Assembly: GCA_039630085.1 (NCBI GenBank)
Contig: JBCNVM010000022.1
Location: 1-9,019, forward strand
Direction of reading: 5' to 3'
DNA from: Candidatus Caldarchaeales archaeon
GTDB taxonomy: Archaea; Thermoproteota; Nitrososphaeria_A; Caldarchaeales; Calditenuaceae
Length of the DNA: 9,019 nucleotides
Shown here piece by piece: positions 5,516 to 9,019 of the stretch. Under the pieces are notes generated by a model. That model did not search any database. It saw nothing but the letters and a program-made list of their open reading frames with translations, and was not told the origin of the DNA. A program made the translations under genes and the position numbers. Numbering within the stretch: the first letter of the stretch is position 1; each line of letters opens with the position of its first letter.

Positions 5516-6484
5516 TCACTCCACCCCCATCTCGGCCCTCCTGGGCAGGTACCACTCGACGTACCTCCTGACCATCGCGCGCAGGTCCGTCCTCGGGGAC
5601 CACCCGAGCTCCCTCCTGGCCTTGCTGACGTCGCCGTAGCTCTCGAGCGACTCGTGGGGCGCGAGCTCCCTCCTGACTACCTCTACCCTCCTCCCGATCG
5701 CGGCCATCATCTCGTGCGCCAGCTCCTCGACGCTGACGGGCTCCCCCCTGCCGACGTTGTAGGCCTCTCCCCTTCTGCCCCTCTCGGAGGCGAGGACCGT
5801 CGCCTCGACCGCGTCTCCGACGTAGACGAAGTCCCTCGTGGCGGGCCTGAAGACGCCGTCGACAGTCCTGCCGTTCACCTCAACGGCCTGTCCGGAGGTT
5901 ATCCTGTCCGCGAAGACCCTGAAGACGTTGTGGGTCCTGCACCTCTCCCCGACGACGTTGAAGTACCTCACGACGACCGCGTCGAGCCCGTAGTCGGAGG
6001 CGTAACCCCTCACGAGCTCCTCCCCCATCCACTTGCTGAGCGCGTAGGGCCCCTTGGGCTTGGGAGGCATGTCCTCCGAGTGAGGGGGCCTCTGGTCGCC
6101 GTAGACGCTGCTCGACGACGCGAAGACCACCCTCGGCGAGGGCTCGCACCTCCTCGCGGCCTCGAGGACGTTCAGGAGCGCCATCACGTTGTTCTCGATG
6201 AAGGTGTGGGGTTGGAGGAGGCTCAGTCTGTGCGACGACATCGCTGCGAGGTGGAAGACCCTCTCGGGCCCGTGGCTCCCGAAGAGCTGGAAGACCTGCT
6301 CCGCTGACCTGAGGTCTATCAGGACCGGCAACGTCCTGCTAGGGCCGCGCGCTCCGTGGAGCTCCTCCACTTCCCTCAGCGCTATCGAGGGGTGCCCGAC
6401 CGCCAGGACGTCGGCGCCGGAGGCGATCAGCGCCTCAACGAGGTGGCTCCCGATGAAGCCGAACGCGCCCGTAACGATGATCAT
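5516..6484 (-). CDS. NAD-dependent epimerase/dehydratase (extended SDR), possibly a UDP-glucuronate 4-epimerase
   Basis: The true start is MIIVTGAFGFIGSH at ATG 6482-6484 (GxxGxxG right at the N-terminus). ASSSSVYG and YALSK (YxxxK) catalytic motifs are present. The 116 upstream codons of the listed ORF run through a tRNA gene and a promoter. Confidence 0.85.
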   Translation of the reverse strand: MIIVTGAFGFIGSHLVEALIASGADVLAVGHPSIALREVEELHGARGPSRTLPVLIDLRSAEQVFQLFGSHGPERVFHLAAMSSHRLSLLQPHTFIENNVMALLNVLEAARRCEPSPRVVFASSSSVYGDQRPPHSEDMPPKPKGPYALSKWMGEELVRGYASDYGLDAVVVRYFNVVGERCRTHNVFRVFADRITSGQAVEVNGRTVDGVFRPATRDFVYVGDAVEATVLASERGRRGEAYNVGRGEPVSVEELAHEMMAAIGRRVEVVRRELAPHESLESYGDVSKARRELGWSPRTDLRAMVRRYVEWYLPRRAEMGVE

Positions 6485-6508
6485 TCCCGTCCGAGGTCGC
6501 CAGTGCCG

Positions 6509-6516
6509 CATATTAG
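6509..6516 (-). promoter_or_regulatory. TATA box (CTAATATG) for the epimerase gene, leaderless-type spacing
   Basis: The box centre is about 28 nt upstream of ATG 6484. The alternative upstream ATG (6509-6511) lies inside this box. Confidence 0.5.
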
Positions 6517-6583
6517 GATGGCCGGCCGGAGGGCTCCGGTCTCGCCGCGTCGCGGTGTGCCCGATCGCTCGCCTGAAGCAACG

Positions 6584-6687
6584 AGCCCCGGGCGGGACTC
6601 GAACCCGCGACCCCCGGCCTCGACCCTTGAGGTCTTCTGCCTGAAGGCTTACCAAGCCGGTGCTCTGACCAGCTGAGCTACCGGGGC
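6584..6687 (-). tRNA. tRNA-Thr(GGU) with a 30-nt intron in or next to the anticodon loop
   Basis: GCCCCGG UA GCUC AGCUGGUCA GAGC A CCGGC UUGGUA[A GCCUUCAGGCAGAAGACCUCAAGGGUCGAG] GCCGG GGGUC GCGGG UUCGAGU CCCGC CCGGGGC U. All four stems are perfect and the discriminator is U73. With canonical 37/38 placement, exon 1 is 6650-6687, the intron 6620-6649 and exon 2 6584-6619. No CCA is encoded. Confidence 0.88.
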
Positions 6688-6712
6688 GCCGGTCTCTGAT
6701 CGACCCGCCCTC

Positions 6713-6719
6713 AATATTA
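6713..6719 (-). promoter_or_regulatory. TATA box (TAATATT) for tRNA-Thr
   Basis: The proximal edge is about 26 nt from tRNA position 1 (6687), the same geometry as at the two tRNA-like units at 1484 and 1700. Confidence 0.55.
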
Positions 6720-6807
6720 GTTTGCCCGGGTATGAAGACAATATCCTTAGGAACACGTCCGCGGGTCCTCTGTCTAGCTCTACTTAAGATTTTTGACAGT
6801 TTAATAG

Positions 6808-6814
6808 TTATATA
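6808..6814 (+). promoter_or_regulatory. TATA box (TTATATA) for the Thr/Val-rich surface protein gene
   Basis: The box centre is 26 nt upstream of ATG 6837, in an AT-rich divergent intergenic region. Confidence 0.55.
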
Positions 6815-6836
6815 GCAATTTTTGTAAAGCAAATCA

Positions 6837-7850
6837 ATGGTGATTGGGACCGGAAGGGCCGTTCTTCTCCTTTCGACGATCTTGGTCCTAGCTCTCGGGT
6901 TGATCTACCCTGTGCTCAACGCGACCACGGTAACTAGAACCGTCACAACGACCGTCGTGTCTCCCGGGACGACGTTCGTCACGGTCGTAACGGCTCAGGG
7001 CAGCACGGTGTCGCTTCTCATCGAGATGCCTCGTGTCAGAATGGTCATGAGCGTCGAGGTGCAGGACCAGGTCTGCGTCGTGAGGTTCGCAGCTAGAGAG
7101 CAACCATCTGTGATCTCCTTCGCCGGCACGACAATTACTTTCCCGGGCACCACGGTGACCTACGTGGTCAGCTCGCCCTTCTCAACAGCGATAACCACAG
7201 CGCTCCCCACACGTGTCACCACCACAGGCTACATCCAAGTGGAGACGGTGACCACGATGACCGCCGGTTTCGTAACGGTAGTCTTCACGTATCCCCTGTC
7301 GATTTACGGTGTCATCGAGGAGGCCTGCAACCTAGCCTATCAGATATCCAGGCTGAGGTTCGAACCCGAGCGGCTTCCCGCGACGTTCGTCTTCGCGATG
7401 GCTGGACAGACCTTGACTGTACCGGGCTTCACGATGACCCTCGATCCCGGAATGATGCCGAACGTCAGGCTTACGACGACCTTCACCACGACCAAGAAGG
7501 GTGAAACCGAGGTCGTCACCACTACCATTCCTGCCACGACCGTCTCCATGTTGACAATCATCCCAGGGACCACCAGGACAACCACCGTCGTTCGGCCGGG
7601 CACCACGATCACGACCACGACGGTCATCACAACTGTTCTGGCCGATACCACTCCACCACCGACGCCGACTCCTACGCCAACTCCTACACCTCGACCGACA
7701 CCGACACCAACCCCCACACCCACACCTACGCCGACGCCGACCAGGACCGAGGCACAACCACTCGATGTCTCGATGCTGCTCCCCATCATAGCCGTCGTGA
7801 TCGCGGTCGTCGCGGTGGGAGCCTTGCTGGCCCTCAGGCGTCGCCGGTGA
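6837..7850 (+). CDS. Secreted or surface-anchored Thr/Val-rich protein with an N-terminal signal/anchor, a (Thr-Pro)n stalk and a C-terminal TM helix plus RRRR tail
   Basis: The N-terminus is MVIGTGRAVLLLSTILVLALGLIYPVLNATTVTRTVTTTVV. The body is rich in T/V beta-strand-like runs with repeated PGTT motifs. It continues TTPPPTPTPTPTPTPRPTPTPTPTPTPTPTPTRT and ends LLPIIAVVIAVVAVGALLALRRRR*. The opposite-strand ORFs are mirror artefacts (GVGVGV...). Confidence 0.8.
   Translation: MVIGTGRAVLLLSTILVLALGLIYPVLNATTVTRTVTTTVVSPGTTFVTVVTAQGSTVSLLIEMPRVRMVMSVEVQDQVCVVRFAAREQPSVISFAGTTITFPGTTVTYVVSSPFSTAITTALPTRVTTTGYIQVETVTTMTAGFVTVVFTYPLSIYGVIEEACNLAYQISRLRFEPERLPATFVFAMAGQTLTVPGFTMTLDPGMMPNVRLTTTFTTTKKGETEVVTTTIPATTVSMLTIIPGTTRTTTVVRPGTTITTTTVITTVLADTTPPPTPTPTPTPTPRPTPTPTPTPTPTPTPTRTEAQPLDVSMLLPIIAVVIAVVAVGALLALRRRR
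7647..7746 (+). repeat. Imperfect hexanucleotide (ACN CCN)n tract encoding the Thr-Pro stalk
   Basis: About 16 Thr-Pro units. All four Thr and all four Pro codons are used, interleaved (acg ccg act cct acg cca act cct aca cct ...), so the DNA repeat is much less perfect than the peptide repeat. Confidence 0.8.
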
Positions 7851-7871
7851 GGCTTCCCTCTCCTGACAAGC

Positions 7872-7877
7872 TTTTTT
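7872..7877 (+). terminator. T6 tract: candidate terminator for 6837-7850 and/or a TATA-like element for 7901
   Basis: AAGCTTTTTTGATG lies 22 nt after the stop at 7850 and about 26 nt before ATG 7901. Confidence 0.4.
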
Positions 7878-7900
7878 GATGAGACAACCGGTCAGACTAC

Positions 7901-8332
7901 ATGGACGAGTACGTCAACAGGGCACTCGACGCCTGTGCTAGGGTCATGGCCGAACCCAGCGTTAACGCTATAAGGGTTCTGATCGACTCGCTGCGGGTCC
8001 TCTCGCCTCCCGGGATCGAGTGGGGAGTCGAGCTCCTGGACGTCGCGGGGACTAGGTACGTGCTCGAGGGAGGCAGGTTGACGGTGGTTAAGCTCTCCAG
8101 GGACGAGTTCGGGCCGTTCATGCGGACGCAGGTGAGGGCGATCGAGCCCGAGGACGTTCCGGAGGAGGTGCTGAAGGTCCTCCTCAGGGACCCCAGGGGC
8201 CTGATCTCCTCGATCGCGGACCAGCTCGAGAGGTGGACCCGGACAGCCCACCCGAACCTGGAGCTAAAGGAGAGGGTGAGGGAGCTGGTGAGGGGTCTGC
8301 GGGAGCTACTTCAGGATCCCGTAGGACCTTAG
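7901..8332 (+). CDS. Hypothetical protein, 143 aa, with no recognisable motif
   Basis: ATG start. Codon bias matches neighbouring genes. The composition is helix-rich and sensible (MDEYVNRALDACARVMAEPSVNAIRVLIDSL...LKERVRELVRGLRELLQDPVGP). The competing minus-strand ORFs are Arg/Pro-rich shadows. Confidence 0.65.
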   Translation: MDEYVNRALDACARVMAEPSVNAIRVLIDSLRVLSPPGIEWGVELLDVAGTRYVLEGGRLTVVKLSRDEFGPFMRTQVRAIEPEDVPEEVLKVLLRDPRGLISSIADQLERWTRTAHPNLELKERVRELVRGLRELLQDPVGP

Positions 8333-8755
8333 GGTCTCCTCGGTCTTCTGCCTGCCGTACTCGGTCAGCTTGTAGCTCTTCGGCCCCTCTCCGGACTCGA
8401 CCGAGGCCACCATTCCCTTCAGCTCCTCGTAGAGCTTCTTGTCGAGCCACTCCTTCGTCACCTCCTTCCCCAGCTCTTTGCTCCTCTGGTTGATCCTCTC
8501 CTTCGAGAGCGGCCCCTCGTAGTAGAGGAGGACCAGCACCACGTCCCTGTAGCTCATCCTCGGGAGCCTCTCCACCAGCTCCCTCGGCATCGCCTGCTGC
8601 CTCGCCACCGGCACCGCGACCTGCTGCCACCTCGAGAGCTCCTCGAACGCCTCCCTCACCGCCCTCAGCACCTCCCCGAGCTCGCTCCCCCTCACCCTGA
8701 TCCTGACCTCCGGCGAGACCGTGACCTCGATCTCCAGCTCGACGTCCCTCTCCAT
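8306..8755 (-). CDS. Hypothetical protein with a C-terminal winged-helix-like DNA-binding domain (putative transcription regulator), 149 aa
   Basis: The start is placed at MERDVELEIEV (ATG 8753-8755). It is supported by the TATA box at 8798-8804 and a GGGTG Shine-Dalgarno sequence about 8 nt upstream. The C-terminal SYRDVVLVLLYYEGPLSKERINQRSKELGKEVTKEWLDKKLYEELKGMVASVESGEGPKSYKLTEYGRQ looks like a PadR/MarR-style wHTH with a wing. Confidence 0.65.
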   Translation of the reverse strand: MERDVELEIEVTVSPEVRIRVRGSELGEVLRAVREAFEELSRWQQVAVPVARQQAMPRELVERLPRMSYRDVVLVLLYYEGPLSKERINQRSKELGKEVTKEWLDKKLYEELKGMVASVESGEGPKSYKLTEYGRQKTEETLRSYGILK

Positions 8756-8797
8756 CTGGTGCACCCTTCGCGCCGCGCCCCCGATTCCGGCTGGTGG

Positions 8798-8804
8798 ATT
8801 TAAA
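8798..8804 (-). promoter_or_regulatory. TATA box (TTTAAAT) for the wHTH gene
   Basis: It lies about 46 nt upstream of ATG 8755, which implies a ~20-nt leader carrying the Shine-Dalgarno-like GGGTG. It lies inside the N-terminal extension of the listed 8306..8851 ORF, which argues against that extension. Confidence 0.5.
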
Positions 8805-8816
8805 GGTGGAGTACAC

Positions 8817-8874
8817 GGTCGCCCGAAAGTGGTCACCTTCGCAGGGACCACGGCAACGCGTTGACCTCGTGACC
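8817..8874. promoter_or_regulatory. Array of GGTC / GACC tetramers forming nested inverted repeats in the divergent intergenic region (candidate operator)
   Basis: GGTC occurs at 8817 and 8831; GACC at 8846, 8863 and 8871. GTGGTC (8829-8834) is the reverse complement of GACCAC (8846-8851). GGTCAC (8831-8836) is the reverse complement of GTGACC (8869-8874). Confidence 0.3.
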
Positions 8875-8930
8875 CGGGCCATCTCTGCGGGTCGGGGCGT
8901 TCGTCCGGCGAGGGCTCACAGCGTCAAGCC

Positions 8931-8936
8931 TTTTTA
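8931..8936 (+). promoter_or_regulatory. Possible TATA-like box (TTTTTA) for the gene starting at 8964
   Basis: About 30 nt upstream of GTG 8964. Confidence 0.3.
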
Positions 8937-8963
8937 CCACAGCGGTGACGCTCTAAGTCGGGA

Positions 8964-9019
8964 GTGACGCAGGAGCTGAAGAGGGAGCTGCTGAGGCTGC
9001 TGAAGGAGGACGAGGAGTT
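8964..9019 (+). CDS. 5' end of a CDS running off the window (VTQELKRELLRLLKEDEE...)
   Basis: The frame opens after TGA 8946-8948, and the first start codon is GTG 8964, preceded by GGGAG. The charged heptad-like sequence and codon bias are consistent with coding. Only 18 codons are visible. Confidence 0.35.
   Translation, partial: MTQELKRELLRLLKEDEE

Noticed and set aside
6526-6539. GC-rich palindrome CCGGAGGGCTCCGG between tRNA-Thr and the epimerase promoter, as a terminator
   Set aside because: The effective stem is very short (5 bp around a 4-nt loop), and there is no adjacent T-tract. Such palindromes are common in GC-rich DNA.
6485-6832. N-terminal 116-codon extension of the epimerase ORF (listed as 5516..6832)
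   Set aside because: The extension runs through the whole tRNA-Thr gene and two TATA boxes and reads as junk (MLYKNCYITIKLSKIL...). The Rossmann motif begins right after the internal ATG at 6484, which has a TATA box at leaderless spacing.
7332-7789. Minus-strand ORFs giving GVGVGVGV / RRRRCGCGG repeats; I also considered whether the periodic DNA at 7647-7746 could be a CRISPR-like or satellite array
   Set aside because: They are reverse-complement artefacts of the (ACN CCN)n Thr-Pro coding tract. The 6-nt period with no spacers is incompatible with CRISPR.
7878-7883. Perfect TGATGA (C-box-like) immediately after the T6 tract
   Set aside because: There is no CUGA D box within 60 nt downstream, and the sequence runs straight into the ATG of the 7901 gene.
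8756-8851. N-terminal 32-codon extension of the wHTH ORF (listed as 8306..8851)
   Set aside because: The extension (MVPAKVTTFGRPCTPPLNPPAGIGGAARRVHQ) contains the TTTAAAT box and the GGGTG Shine-Dalgarno sequence that serve the internal ATG at 8755. Its composition is unlike the rest of the protein.

Overview
Archaeal chromosomal segment. The coding parts are GC-rich (about 65% in the lines I counted), with GC3-biased codons and AGG for Arg. Ribosomal protein S26e, an L19e-L18P pair and an intron-containing tRNA point to a crenarchaeal/TACK-type genome. Left to right: (1) the 3' end of a surface-anchored beta-sandwich protein, overlapped by a small Thr/Val-rich membrane protein gene that is split by a frameshift. 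(2) A visibly lower-GC (33-50% per 60-nt line), essentially non-coding island (about 640-1830). It holds a decayed ORF, a 76-nt tRNA with an off-register anticodon loop, and 216 nt upstream of it an orphan tRNA 5' fragment that has its own copy of the same promoter box. (3) rps26e convergent on an isolated rpl19e-rpl18 dicistron. (4) A nucleotide-sugar module: galU-like and ugd, with a convergent extended-SDR epimerase. (5) tRNA-Thr(GGU) with a 30-nt intron. (6) A 337-aa Thr/Val-rich secreted protein with a (Thr-Pro)n stalk and a C-terminal anchor. (7) Two convergent hypothetical genes overlapping tail to tail by 27 nt; one has a winged-helix C-terminal domain. (8) The start of a further gene at the right edge. 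Most monocistronic or first genes have an A/T-rich TATA-like box 22-30 nt upstream of the start codon (leaderless-type layout). Internal genes use overlaps or GGTGA-like Shine-Dalgarno sequences. No CRISPR array, transposase or recognisable defence genes are visible. The most unusual signals are the tandem tRNA / tRNA-fragment locus and the Thr/Val-rich surface protein family beside the sugar-nucleotide genes. All calls come from reading the sequence by eye; no database search or folding program was run.
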